In this document: positions 43,026-56,592 of the stretch, one piece after another
How the letters are laid out: each line of letters begins with the position of its first letter
How positions within the stretch are numbered: position 1 is the first letter of the stretch
Source of the DNA: the human T2T-CHM13v2.0 reference genome, Homo sapiens
Assembly (NCBI RefSeq): GCF_009914755.1
Contig: NC_060935.1
Strand: one strand, 5' to 3'
Length of the DNA stretch: 64,000 bases
Position numbers and translations under genes: made by a program
The notes under the pieces: model-generated
What the model was told of the DNA's origin: nothing
Databases searched by the model: none
What the model saw: only the letters and a program-made list of their open reading frames with translations

Positions 43026-46000
43026 TTTTTTTTTTCTTTTATTTTAAGTTCACGGTTACATGTGCAGGTTTGTTACATAGATAAACTTGTGTCATGGAGG
43101 ATTGTTGTATAGATTATTTCATCATCCAGGTATTAAGCCTAGTACCTGTTAGTTATTTTTCCTGATCTCTCTCCTCTCACCCTTCTACCCTCCACCATCC
43201 AATATGCCCCAGTATATGTTGTTCCCCTCTGTGTATCCATGTGTTCTTATTATTTAGCTCCCACTTATAAGTGAAAACGCGTATTTAGTTTTCTGTTCCT
43301 TCATTAGTTTGCTAAGGATAATGGCCTCCAGCTCCGTCCATGTCCCTACAAAGGGCATGATCTTGTTCTTTTTTATGGTTGCAAATATTCCGTGATGTAT
43401 ATGTACCACATTTTCTTTATCCAGTTTATTATTGTTGAGCATTTAGGTTGATTTCATGTCTTTGCTATTGTGAACAGTGCTGCAGTGAACATATGTGTGC
43501 ATGTGTCCTTATAACAGAATGATTTTTACACCTTTGGGTATATACCCAGGAATGGGATTGCTGGGTCAAATAGTATTTCTGTCTTTAGCTCTTTGAGGAA
43601 TTGCCATACTGTCTTCCACAATGAGTGAACTAATCTACACTCCAAACAACAGTGTATAAGTGACCCTTTCTCTCTACAACCTCGCCAGCATTGTTTTTTA
43701 TTTTTTTAACTTTCTAATAGTAGCCATTCTGACTGATGTGAGATGGTATCCCATTGTAGTTTTGATTTGCAATTCTCTAATATTCAGTGATATTGAGCTT
43801 TTTTCATATGATTGATGTCTCCATCAATTTTCCCCATTGGAAATTGTTCATGTCCATTGCCCACTTTTTAATTGGGTTGTTTGTTTTTTCTTTTTCTCAG
43901 AAACTTAAGTTCCTTATAGATGCTGGATATTAGATGTTTGTCAGATGTATAGTTTGCAAAAATTTTCTCCCATTTAGTAGTTTGTCTGTTTACTCCATGT
44001 ATAGTTTTTTTTCTTGCTGTGTGCAAAAGCTCTTTAGTTTAATTAGATCCCATTTGTCATTTTTTACTTTTGTTGCAATTCCTTTTGGTGTCTTCATCAT
44101 GAAATCTTTGCCTGCGCCTATGTCCTGAATGGTACTATGTAGATTGTTTTCCAGGATTTTTATAGTTTTGGTTTTACATTTGAGTCTTTAATTCATCTTG
44201 ATTTGATCTTTGTTTCTGGTGTAAAGAAGGGGTAAAATTTCAGTTTTGTACATATGGCCAGTCAGTTATTGCAGTATCATTGATTGAAAAGGGAATTGTT
44301 TCCCCATTGCTTGTTTTGGTCAGGTTTGTCAAAGATCAGTGTGTAGTCTTATTTCTGGGTTCCTCATTCTGTTTCATTGGTCTAATGTGTCTGCGTTTGT
44401 ACAAGTACCATGCTGTTTTGGTTACTGTAGCCCTGTAATATAGTTTGAAGGTGGGTAGCATGATGCCTCCAGCTTTGTTCTTTTTCCTTAGTATTGCCTT
44501 GGGTATTTGGGCTCTTTTTTGGTTACATATGAATTTTAAAATAGTATCTTCTAGTTCTGTGAAGAATTTCAATGGAAGTTTAAGAGTAATAGCATTAATC
44601 TGTAAACTGTTCTGGGCAGTTGGCCATTTTAACAATATTGATTATATGAGCATGGAATGTTTTTCTATTTGTTTGTGTCATCTTTGATTTCTTTGACCAG
44701 TAGCTTGTAGTTCTCCTTGTAGAAATCTTTCACCTTCCTAGTTAGCTCTAATCCTAGGTTTTTATTCTTTTTGTGGCAGTTGTGAATGGGAGTTCATTTC
44801 TGATGTGGCTCTTGGCTGGACTTTTATTGGTGTATAGCAATGTAAGTGATTTTGGCAAATTGATTTTGTATCCTGACACTTTCCTGAAGGTGCTCATCAG
44901 CTTAAAAAGCTTTTGGGCTGAGACTATGGGGTTTTGTAGATATAGGATTATGTTGTCTGCAAAAAGGGGTAGTTTTACTTCTATTCATACTATTTGGATG
45001 TGCTTTATTTCTTTCTCATGACTGATTGTCCTGGCCAGGACTTCCAATACTATGTTGAATAGGAGTAGGGAGAGAAGACATCCTTGTGTTGTGCCAGTTT
45101 TCAATGGAAATGCTTTCAGCTTTTGCCCATTCAGTATGATGTTGGCTGTGGATTTGTCATATATGGCTCTTATCATTTGGAGGTATGTTTCTTCAATACC
45201 TAGCTTACTGAGAGTTTTTAACATGAATGTTGAATTTTATCAAAAGATGTTTCTGCATCTGTTGAGATAATCATGTGGTATTTGTCTTTATTTCTGTTTA
45301 TATGATGAGTCACATTTATTGATTTGCATATGTTGAACCAAACTTGCATGACAGGGATTAAGCCTATTTAATTGTAGTGGATACGTTTTCTGTTGCGCTG
45401 TTGGATTCAGTTTGCCAGTATTGTGTTGAGGATTTTTGCATGGATTTTCATGAAGGATATTGGCCTGAAGTTTTCTTCTTTGTTGTCTCTCTGTTGGTTT
45501 TTGGTATCAGGATTATGTTGGCCTCTAGAATGAATTAGTAAGAAGTGTGTCCTTTTCAATTTTTTTGGAATAGTTTCAGTAGAAATGCTACCAGCTCTTC
45601 TTCATATATTGGGTAGAATTCAGCTGTGATTCCATCTGGTCCTTGTCTTTTTTTAATTGGTAGGCTACTTAATACTGCCTCAATTTCAGAGCTCATTATT
45701 GGTCTGTTTAGGGATTCAATTTCTTCCTGGTTCAGTCTTGGGAAGGTGTATGTGCCCAGGAATGTATCCATTTCTTCTAGATTTTCCAATTTATTTGCAT
45801 AGAAGTGTTTATAGTATTCTCGGATGGTTTGTATTTCTGTGGGGTCAGTGGTAATATCCCCCTTGTCATTTCTGACAGCGTTTATTCGAATCTTCTTTCT
45901 TTTCTTATTAGTATAGCTAGTGGTTTATCTATTTTATTAATTTTTTCAGAAACCAGATCCTGGATTTGTTGATCTGTTGAATGGTTTTTCATGTCTGTAT

Positions 46001-46038
46001 CTCCTTAAGTTTGGCTCTAATTTTTGGTTAATTCTTAT

Positions 46039-46603
46039 TATGATGGTTAATACTGAGTGTCAACTTGGATTGAAAGACACAAAGTATTAATCCTGGATGT
46101 GTCTATGAGGATGTTGCCAAAAGAGATTAACATTTGAGTCAGTGGGCTGGGGAAGGCAGATCCACTCTTAATATGGTGGACACAATCTAATCAGCTACCA
46201 GCAAATATAAAGCAGGCAGAAAAACACGAGAAAGAGAGACTGGCCTAGCCTCCCAGACTACATCTTTCTCCCATGCTGGATGCTTCCTGCCCTCCAACAA
46301 CGGACTCCAAGTTCTTCAGTTTGGGGACTTGGACTGGCTCTCCTTGATCCTTGATCCTCAGCATGCAGACGGCCTATTGTGGGGCCTTGTGATCATGTAA
46401 GTTAAAATTTATATATATATATATAAATTTTATTATATATTATATATAATTTATATATATATAAATTTTATTATATATTATATATAATTTATATATATAA
46501 ATTTTATTATATATTATATAATATAATTTATATATATAATATGTAATTTTTATCTATATATATATCTCCTATTGTGTTCCTTTAGAGAACCCTGACTAAT
46601 ACA
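46039..46603 (+). mobile_element. HERV-L 5' LTR (MLT2A)
   Basis: tgatggttaatactgagtgtcaact start, ends agaaccctgactaataca, followed by PBS region gattttggtaccaggagtgg. Confidence 0.92.
46405..46565. repeat. AT-only minisatellite (about 36-38-bp unit) in the 5' LTR
   Basis: aaattttattatatattatatataatttatatatatat repeated about 3-4 times. Confidence 0.85.
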
Positions 46604-49600
46604 GATTTTGGTACCAGGAGTGGTTCTAGAGGGACAGAATATTAAGGATGGAGTTCTTTCATTGGTTTTGGGGTTTCTGGAGTTGGCTGCTTAATATGAT
46701 TAGACCCAAAAATGCTAAGGACTGTACTTCTGATAATATGGAAAACACAGATAGTACTTGGCATGAACTGTTTAGAGAGTTTGGCAAAATAAATGCATTT
46801 GACACTCTTGATTCACCACTTGTAGGAGGCAAGGAGTTGAATGACTACACATAATACCTTTGACCATATGTGGAGAACCAAGGAACATAATGAACCTGGT
46901 TGGTTGCTTCTAAGTTCAGTGGACAAAGTGATGAAAGAAAACGATGAACTCAGCAATTCTGTCTCTTGCTTCAGAAGCAGATACTGAGCCTTAAATCTGC
47001 AAAGATTGTCCTGAGACTCTTATCTCCTATAGAGAAAGAGCGGTATGATACATTCGAAAAGAACTGAGTTCTCTAATTTATATGAACAACAATCTGGAGA
47101 ACAGGCATAGGAATGGATATTAAGGGTATGGGATAATGGTGGAAGGAACATAGAGTTAGATCAGGCTGAATTTATTGATTTTGGCCCACTGAGTAGGGAC
47201 TCTGCATTTAATGTTGCAGATCAAGGAGTAAAAAATGGTTCTTATAGTTTATTTGCTTGATTAGCTGAAATATGGATTAAAAGATGGCCCACTGTGAGTG
47301 GGCTGGAAATGCCTGGTCTCTCTTGGTTTAATGTAGAGGAAGGGATCCAAGGGCTTAGGGAGATTGGGATGGTGGACTGGATTTGTCACTTTAGATCAGC
47401 TTGGAGGGTACAGAAGATACACCCTTGACCAATGCCTTGTGAAACAGATTTGTGAGGGCAGCACCTGCATCTTTGAAGAGCCCTGTAATTGCTCTTCTCT
47501 GTATGTCAGATCTAATGGTGGGAACAGCAGTCACTAAACTAGAAAATTTAAATACAATGGGAATAATTGGATTCTGAGGTGGCAGAGGCCAAGTGGCAGC
47601 ACTCAACCACCAAAGGCAAGGTGGGTGTAGCTACGTGATGGACAGCAGAGGCAAAGTGGAAATCAGAATAGTCTGACTCATGTAGAGCTCTGGCATTGGC
47701 TAATCATGGTGTTTCTAGAAATAAAACTGAAAGGAAGCCTACTTCATTCCTACTTAATTTATACAAGCAGAAGACTCCTAGGCTGAATGGACAAAAGACA
47801 AATTTGAATTATAAAAACAGAGAATCACGGCTCCTCAGTAGATTTCCAGACTTGAGCCAGTTTACAGATCCAGAACTGCTTGAATGAAGGGGAGTCTGGG
47901 TCCCCTTGACAAAGGACCCCACTACATTACTGACAATTTATGCAGTGAATATTTCTCTCATCCTTCCCCAAGGAGACCATCAGCCTTTTGCCAGGGTAAC
48001 TGCACTGGGGAAAGGGAAATGATCAGACATTTCAGGGACTACTGGACACTGGCACTGAGCTGACATTGATTCCAGCAGGCCCAAAACCTCATTGTGGTCC
48101 TCCAGTTAAAGTAGGGACTTACGGAGGTCCAGTAATTAATGGAGTTTTAGCTCATGTCCCACTTACAGTGGGTCCACTGGGTCTCTGGACTCCTCCTGTG
48201 GTCATTTCCCCAATGCCAGAATGCAGGGGTGGTGATTTCCTCTACATCCCCGTTCAACTCTCCGATTTGGCCTGTGCAGGAGACAGACAGATTATGGAGT
48301 ATGACAGTGGATTATAGTAGGCTTAGCCAAATGGTGACTCTGATTGCAGCTGCTGTACCAGCTGTGGTTTCATTGCTTGAGCAAATTAACACATCTCCTG
48401 GTACCTGGTATGCAGCCACTGACTTGGCAAATGCTTTTTTTCCATTCCTGTCGATAAGGTCCACCAGAAGAAATTGGCCTTCAGCTGGCAAGACCAGCAA
48501 TATACCTTTACTGTCCTACCTCAGGGGTGTATCAACTCTCCAGCTTTGTGTCATAATCTTGTTCAAAGAGAACTTGATTGCTTTTCACTTCTGTGAGATA
48601 CCACACTCATCCATTACATTGATTGCCTTATCCTGATTGGATCCAGTGAGCAAGAAGTAGCAAACACACCGGACTTATTGGGGAGACATTTCTGTGTCAG
48701 AGGATGGGAAATAAATCTGACTGAAATTCAGAGACCTCATTAAAATTTCTTAAGGGTCCAGTGCTGTGGGGCCTGTCGAGATATTCCTTCTAAGGTAAAG
48801 GATAAGTTGCTGCATTTGGCCCCTCCTACAACCAAGAAAGGGGCACAACACATATTGCGCCTATTTGAATTTTGGAGGCAACACATTTCTCATTTGGGTA
48901 TGTTACTCTGGCTTATTTATTGAGTGACCTGAAAGGCTTCCAGTTTTTAGTAGGGTCCAGAACAGAAGGCTGTACATCAGGTCCAGGCCACTGTGCAAGC
49001 TGCTCTGCCACTTGGACCATATGACCCAGAATATCCAACGGTGCTTGAGGTGTCAGTGGCAGATATGGAAGCTGTTTGGAGTCTTTTGCAGGCCCCCATA
49101 GGTAAATCACAGTGGAGTCCTCTCTAGGATTTTGGAGTAAGGCTCTGCCATCTTCTGCAGATAAGTACTCTCCTTTTGAGAGACACCTCTTGGCCTGTTG
49201 CTAGGCTTTGGTGGAAACTGAACATGTGAAAATGGATCATCAAGTCACCATGTTACTTGAACTGCCTATCATGAACTGGGTGCTTTCTGACCCATCTAAC
49301 CTAAAGTGGGTCATGCACAGCAGCATTCCATCATCGAATGGAAGTAGTGTACATGATCAGGCTTGAGCAGGTCCTAAAAGCACAAATAAGTTACATGAGG
49401 AAGTGGCTCAAGTGCCCATTGTCTCCACTCCTGCCGCCCTGCCTTCTCTCCCCCAGCCCGCACTGATGGCCTCATGGGGAGTTTCCTATGATTAGTTGAT
49501 AGAGGAAGAGAAGACTAGGGCCTGGTTCACAGATGGTTTGGCATGATACGCAGGCACCACCCAAAAGTGGACAGCTGCATCACTACAGTCCCTTTCTAGG

Positions 49601-51543
49601 ACATCCCTAAAAGACAGTTGTGAAGGAAAATCTTTCCAGTGGGCAGAACTTCGAGCAGTGCACCTGGTTGTGCACTTTGCATGGAAGGAGACATGGTCAG
49701 ATGTGTGATTATATACTGATTCATGGGCTGTAGCCAATGGTTTAGCTGGATGGTCAGGGACTTGGAAGAAACATAATTGGAAAATTGGTGACAAATTTGG
49801 GGAAGAGGTATGTGGATGAACCTCTCTGAGTGGTCAAAAACTGAAGATATTTGTATGTCATGTGAGTGCTCACTAATGGGTGACCTCAGCAGATGAGGAT
49901 TTTAATGATCAAGTGGATAGGATGGCCGGTTTTGTGGACACCACTCAGCCTCTTTTCCCAGCCACCCTGTCATCATCCAATATGCCCATGAACAAAGCGG
50001 CCATGTTGGCCAGGATGGAGGTTACACATGGGCTCAGCAACATGAACTTCCACTTACCAAGGCTCACCTGGCTACAGCCACTGCTGAGTGCCCAATTTGC
50101 CAGCAGCAGAGACCAACACTAAGCCCTCAATATGGCACCATTCCTCAGGGTGATCAGCCAGCTGCCTGGTGGCAGGTTGATTATATTGGACCTCTTCCAT
50201 CATGGAAAGGACAGAGATTTGTCTTCACTGAAATAAACATTTACTCTGGATATGGGTTTGCCTATCCTGCATGCAATGCTTTTGCCAAGACTACCATCCG
50301 TGGACTCATGGAATGCCTTGTCCACCATCATGGTATTTCACACAGCATTGCCTCTGACCAAGGCACTCACTTTACAGCTGAAGAAGTGTGGCAGTAGGCT
50401 TGTGCTCATGGAATTCACTGGTCTTACCATGTTCCCCATCATCCTGAAACAGCTGTATGATAGAACGGTGGAATGGCCTTTTGAGGCCACAATTACAATG
50501 CCAACTAGGTGACAATACTTTGCAGGGCTGGGGCAAAGTTCTCCAGAAGGCTTTGTATGCTCTGAATCACTGTCCAATATATGTTACTGTTTCTTCTATA
50601 GCCAGGATTCACGGGTCCAGGAATCAAGGGGTGGAAGTGGAAGTAGCACCACTCACCATCACCCCTAGTGATGCACAAGCAAAATTTTTGCTTCCTGTTC
50701 CCATGACATTATGTTCTGCTGGCCTAGAGTTCCTAGTTCCAGAGGGAGGAATGCTGCCACCAGGAGACACGACAAAGATTTTATTAAACTGGAAGTTATG
50801 ATTGCCACCTCGGCACTTTGGGTTCCTCCTATGTTTAAGCCAACAGGCCAAGAAGGGAGTTAGAGTGTTGGCTGGGATGATTGACCTGGACTATCATGAT
50901 GAATTCAGTCCACAACTCCACAACGGAGGTAAGGAGGAATATTATGGAATATAGGAGATCCATTAGGGCATTTCTTACTATTAGGCATCTCTTACTATTA
51001 GGGCATGCTCTGTGATTAAGCTCAATGGGAAACTACAACAGTCCAGTCCAGGCAGGACTACAAATGGCCAAGACCCCTCAGAAATGAAGATTTGGGTCAC
51101 TCCTCCAGGAAAATACCATGACCTACTGGGGTGCTTGCTGAAGGCAAAGGAAATACAGAATGGGTAGTAAAAGAAGGTAGTCATCAATACCGGCACAACC
51201 ACATGACCAGCTGCAGAAATGGGGACTGTAATTGTCATGAGTATTTCCTCCTCCTTTTGCTAAAAACATGTTTGTGCCTGTATATACTTGTACACACACA
51301 AAAAAAAAACCTTTATTTCCTCTTCCTTTACTATGTGACATAAGATTTATTGACTTCATATCAGCATTTAAGTATTGTTAACTTTATGTGACAGTATTTG
51401 GGTTTAGGATTGGTGCGTTTCCAGTTGTAGGAGGGATAGATGTATTATGTTAGGAGTAATTATGACCTTATTATTGTCTTTATTTGAAGATTATATATGA
51501 TCTCAGGAGATGTGTATGGGTTCAAGCTGACAAGGGGTGGACT
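46604..51543 (+). mobile_element. HERV-L internal region: decayed gag, pro, RT, RNase H, IN, dUTPase; no env
   Basis: gag WSWLLNMIRPKNAKD; protease LLDTG near 48040; RT SPFNSPIWPV, DLANAFF; IN WQVDYIGPLP, IERWNGLL; PPT aaggggtggact. Confidence 0.92.
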
Positions 51544-52040
51544 TGTGATGGTTAATACTGAGTGTCAACTTGATAGGATTGAAAGATACAAAGTATTGAT
51601 CCTAGATATGTCTATAAGGGTGTTGCCAAAAGAGATTAACATCTGAGTTGGTGGGCTGGGGAAGGCAGATCCACCATTAGTATGGTGGACACAATCTAAT
51701 CAGTTGCCAGCAAATATAAAGCAGGCCGAAAAACGTGAGAAAGAGAGACTGGCCTAGCCTCCCAGCCTACATCTTTCTTCCGTGCTGGATGCTTCCTGCC
51801 CTCCAACACTGGACTCCAAGTTCTTCAGTTTTGGTACTCGGAATGGCTGTCTTTGATCCTCAGCTTGCAGACAGCCTATTGTGGGACCTTGTGATTGTGT
51901 AACTTAATACTTAAAAATCTCACATATATGTATATATGTATATATATGAGATACATATATGTATATATGTGTGTATATGTATGTGTATGTATATCTCCTA
52001 TTAGCTCCTTTTCTCTAGAGAACCCTGACTAATTAATACA
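51544..52040 (+). mobile_element. HERV-L 3' LTR (MLT2A)
   Basis: tgtgatggttaatactgagtgtcaact...agagaaccctgactaattaataca, homologous to the 5' LTR. Confidence 0.92.
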
Positions 52041-55000
52041 CTTCTAGATTCGGGATTTTTATGCTCTTGGTTCTCTAGTTGTTTTAGTTGTAATGTTAGG
52101 TTGTAAATTTGATCTAACTTTTTGATATGGGCATTTAGTGCTATACATTTCCCTTTTAACACTGCCTTAGCTGTGTCCCAGAGATGCTGGTATGTTGCAT
52201 CTTTGTTCTCATTAGTTTCAAGAAACTTATCGATTTCTTCCTTAATTTCATTATTCACCCAAAAGTCATTCGGGAGCAGGTTATTCAATTTCCATGTAAT
52301 TGTATGGTCTTGAGTGAATTTCTTGGTCTTGGTTTCTAATTTTATTGCACTGTGGTGCAAGAGATTTTTTTTTATGATTTCAGTTCTTTTGCATTTGTGA
52401 AGGACTGTTTTATTTCCAATTATGTGATCAATTTTAGATGTGATCTAAAATTAAGAATGAGAAGGATGTATATTCTCTTTTTGTGTGTGTGTATGTATGG
52501 AAAGTTCTGTATCTATCAGGTTCATTTGATCCAGTGCTGAGTTCAGGTCCTGACTATCTTTGTTAATTTTCTGTCTCACTGATCTGTCTAATATTGTCAG
52601 TGGGATGATGAAGTCTCCCATTGTGATTGTGTGGGAGCCTAGGTCTCTTTGAGAGTCTAAAAATTTGCTTTATGAATCTGGGTGCTCATGTGTTGCATAT
52701 GTATATATTTAGGATAGTTAGATCTTCTTGTTTATTTGAACCCTTTACCATTATATAATACCCTTCTTTGTATTTTTTAATATTTCTTGCTTTAAATCTG
52801 TTTTGTCAGACACTAGGATTACAACCCCTGCTTTTTTGTGTTTTCCATTTGTTTGGTAGACTTTTCTCCATTCCTTTATTTTGAACCTCTGTTTGTAATT
52901 GCATGTGAAATGGGTCTCTTGAAGACAACACACCAATGGGTCTTGATTCTTTATCCATTTTGCCACTCTGTGTCTTTTAATTGGGACATTTAGCCCATTT
53001 ACATTCAAGGTTAGTATTGATAAATAGGGATTTGTTCCTGTCATCATGATGTTAGCTGGTTATTTTGCAGACTCGGTTATGTGGTTACTTTATAGTGTCA
53101 CTGGTCTGTGTACTTCAGTGTGCTTTTGTAGTGGCTGGTAATGGTCTTTCCTTTCCACGTTTAGTGTTTCTTTCAGGAACTCTTGTAAGGCAGATCTGGT
53201 GATAACAAATTCTCTCAGAATTTGCCTGTATGATCTTATTTCTCCTTCACTTTTGAAGCTTAGTTTGGCTGGATATAAATTCTGGGTTGGAATTTATTTT
53301 CTTCAAGGATGTTGAATATTGACCCCCAATCTCCTCTGATTTTTAGGGTTTAAGCTGAGAGGTCCACTGTTAGTCTGATGGGCTTTCCTTTTAGGTGACC
53401 TGGCCTTTCTCTCTAGCTGCCCTTAACATTTCTTTTTTTTTCATTTTGACCTTAGAGAATTTGATGATTATGTGTTTTGGGGATGAACTTCTTGTGGAGT
53501 ATCTTGCCAGGGTTTTCATTTCTTGAATTTGAATGTTGGCCTCCCTAGCTAGGTTGGGAACGTTCTCATGGATGATATCCTGAACTATGTTTTCCAGGTT
53601 GGTTCCATTCTCCCCATCTCTTTCAGGTACACCAATCAGTCATAGATTTGGTTTCTTTATATAACCCCATATGTCTGAGAGGGCTTGCTCATTACTTTTC
53701 ATTCTTTTTTCTCTATTCTTGTCTGCCTGTCTTATTTCAGAAGGCCAGTCTTCAAGTTCCAAGATTTTTTCCTTTGCTTGGTCTATTCTGCTGCTCATAC
53801 TTTTGATTGCACTATGAAATTTTTGCAGTGTGTTATTCAGCTGTGTCAGGGTGGTTACGTTCTTCTCTGTACTGGTTATTTTGTCTGTCATCTCCCGCAA
53901 TGTTTTATAATGATTTTTAGCTTCCTTGCATTGAGTTACAATGTACTCCTGTAGCTCAATGAACTTTGCTCCTATTCATATTCTGAATTCTACTTCTTTT
54001 ATTTCAGCCATCTCAGCATTGGCCTGGAGATGTGATGCAGTAATTTGGAGGAAAGAAGGCATTCTGGGTTTTTGAGTTTTCAACATTCTTGCCTTGATTC
54101 TTTCTCATCTCTGTGAGCTCATCTATCTTCGGTCTTTGAGGTTGTTGACATTTGGATGGGTTCTTTTTTCTTTTATCCTATTTGATGACCTTGCGGGTTT
54201 GATTATGGTATAAGATAGATTCAGCTGACTGGCTTTGTTTCTGGGAGATTTTAGAGGACCAACAATCAGGTCCCAACTTGTGGACTTGTGATCTAACTCT
54301 GAAGGATTTGTATTGGACCCCAAATTTGTTCTCTGGCTCCTCAAGGCTTGGAGTCCACTGTGCTGGTGGGGGGTAAGGTACAGCAGCTGCAGCAGAGTGC
54401 TAGTGGATGCAAGGGTGCCTGATTGCCTGGGGGCATTTACTACAGTGGCAGGGGCAAAGTAGCCAGTGGGGTGCAGGGACAGGGGAAAAAACGGGGGCCC
54501 CTACTGGAGACTGTGTGAACTGTTTCACTGGAGCTGGTGTTGGCTTGGAGCAGGGTGCTGGCTGGTGCTGGTCTCAGTGCCTTCTCTGTGTCTCACAAGC
54601 AGGAGTGATTGCTCGGGTTGTGGGAGGATCCCCTGTTCTCTGTGCATAGTTAGTGCAAGATAGGGTACTGATAGAGGTGGGGCTTTCTGGCTCTGTGCCC
54701 ACCAGCCCCATCTGATGTGAGAGACTGCCCTGCAAAGTTCGGTCTGACAGTTCCCCTAGGGCTAAAGTCTCTTATGGCAGCAAGTGAAACCTAAAGGAAT
54801 GGCCATTCCTGGCCACGTTCTGCTACAGACACTCCCATACCAAACCTTCTGGGCTCCACCCATTCAAAATGGGTGGTGGCTTGCTGCCCCACTACTTTGC
54901 TTGTCTCCTGGGGGCTCCACCCCAGAGAGATGTGGGTCATCAATCATTCAGTGTAATCAGACCAGGATGAAGGATATGTGCTGTGCCCAAGTCAGGGGCT

Positions 55001-56329
55001 TCCTGTCTGGTGACCAGCAGTTGGAGTTGTGTGGGACCTATGAGAAGTGGACTGGCCACATCTTCTTGGGTCACCTGCAGCTTGTTGGAGGTGTGGATAA
55101 GACACTTGGGATCTTTGCTCCTTTGTTACCAATAACAGTTACAGTGTAGAGGCAGTAGCAGAAAGGTTTTCAGTTGCCCCTGGAGGCTCTGTCCAGGGAG
55201 TTGCCAAGTTGCTACTGACATCATAGCTCTGGCGGTGGGTGGCTAGAGGCCCAGGCCTGGAAGACCTGCCTGGTGAGGAGATATTGGAACAGGCACCCAA
55301 ATAACATTCTGGCTGCTTTTGCATAGGGCTGCTGTGGTATGCTTGGGGTCTGCTTGCCCCCAGTTCTAGTTGCCGTGGATTCCAGTACCTGGAGGTATCA
55401 CCAGTGAAGTCTGCAAAATAGCAAAGATGGCAGCCTGCCCCTTCCTCTGGGAGCTCCATCCCAGGGAGGTTTGAAAGCTCTGTTGGCAGGAGAACAGTGG
55501 CAGGGATGGCTGAAGACCCTGGTTGGAAGATCCTGCCCATGGAGGAGGAATGAGATCAGAGACCCACTTAAAGAAGCAGTCTGGCCATGTTTTCATAGAG
55601 TAGCTGTGTAGTGCTAGGTGATCCCTTTCACCCTTGGTTGGCTTGGACTCTCCAAAACCCGAAGGCTGGAAAGGCTAAGTCGCTGAAACAGCAAATATGG
55701 TGGCCCACCCCTCCCACTGGGAGCTCTGTCTCAGGGAGGTATAATGATGCTACCGGTGGCTGGCTAGAATTCAGAGCCAGTGGGTCTTATCCTGTGAGGT
55801 GCTCTGGAAGTGGAGCCTGCAGGCTATTGCTGCTCAACCCCCTAGATTCAGCCTCTTTTCTAGGGGATGTGTACAGGGGGTCTAACCTCCTCCCATTTTG
55901 CTGTAGTTGCAGTTGTTTTTTCTGGGAAGCCTGGAAAGCCTGAGTGGCTGCCCTGCTGAGACCTCACTGTGTGTCAGACTGAAGGCCCTTGGGTGGAATG
56001 GGTTTATGAGGCGATCTCCTGACCTGAGGGTTACAAAGATTCATGGGAGAAGCATGGGTTCCTAGGGTTACACATTCACTCATTGCTTTCCTAGGTGGGG
56101 GAGGTTCCCTTGGCTCTGTGTTGCTCCTGGGTGGGCCATTGTCCTGCCCTGCTTTTCTTCATTTCCCATGGGTTGAGTTGTTTCCTTGGTTACTCCCAGT
56201 GCATGTACCTGGATGTTGTAGTTGAAAGTGTTGTATTTACCTCCTCCTTCCGTTCCTCTCCATGAAAGCCACACACATACTAGCTGCTTCTAGTTGGCCA
56301 TCTTGGTCACTCCCCAACCCCTTCTTCCT

Positions 56330-56592
56330 TATTGAAAGCCAGAAATCCCATCCCTCTGACCACTGTTTTTGCCATGTCATCTTCTTCTCTGATTCTGACT
56401 CTCATCTTCCTCTTATAAAGAAACTTGTGATTTCACTGGGCCTACATGGCTAATATAGGATAATATCCCCATCCCAAGATCCTTAACTGAATCACATCTG
56501 CAAAGTCCTTTTGCCCTGCAAGGCAAATATGTTCACAAGTTCTAGGAATTAGACCATGTGCAACTTTAGGGGATAATTATTCTGCTTATCAT
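56330..56592 (-). mobile_element. MLT1 LTR, right part
   Basis: ctcttataaagaaacttgtgatt...atcacatctgcaaagtccttttgcc...attattctgc. Confidence 0.75.

Larger units (their letters stand above)
43026..56315 (-). mobile_element. Full-length L1PA13-16-like element interrupted by HERV-L
   Basis: Poly(T) and 3'UTR at 43026; ORF2 pieces on both sides of the ERV (ORF2 start MTGTNPYLSILTLNVNGLN near 53045); ORF1 about 53150-54300; 5' end caagatggccaactagaagcagctag; degenerate TSD cccctttctcctatt / ccccttcttccttatt. Confidence 0.92.

Noticed and set aside
46648-51000. Domesticated HERV-L gag or pol gene
   Set aside because: Reading frames are broken by many stops, frameshifts and deletions; the longest piece is 160 aa and spans frames.
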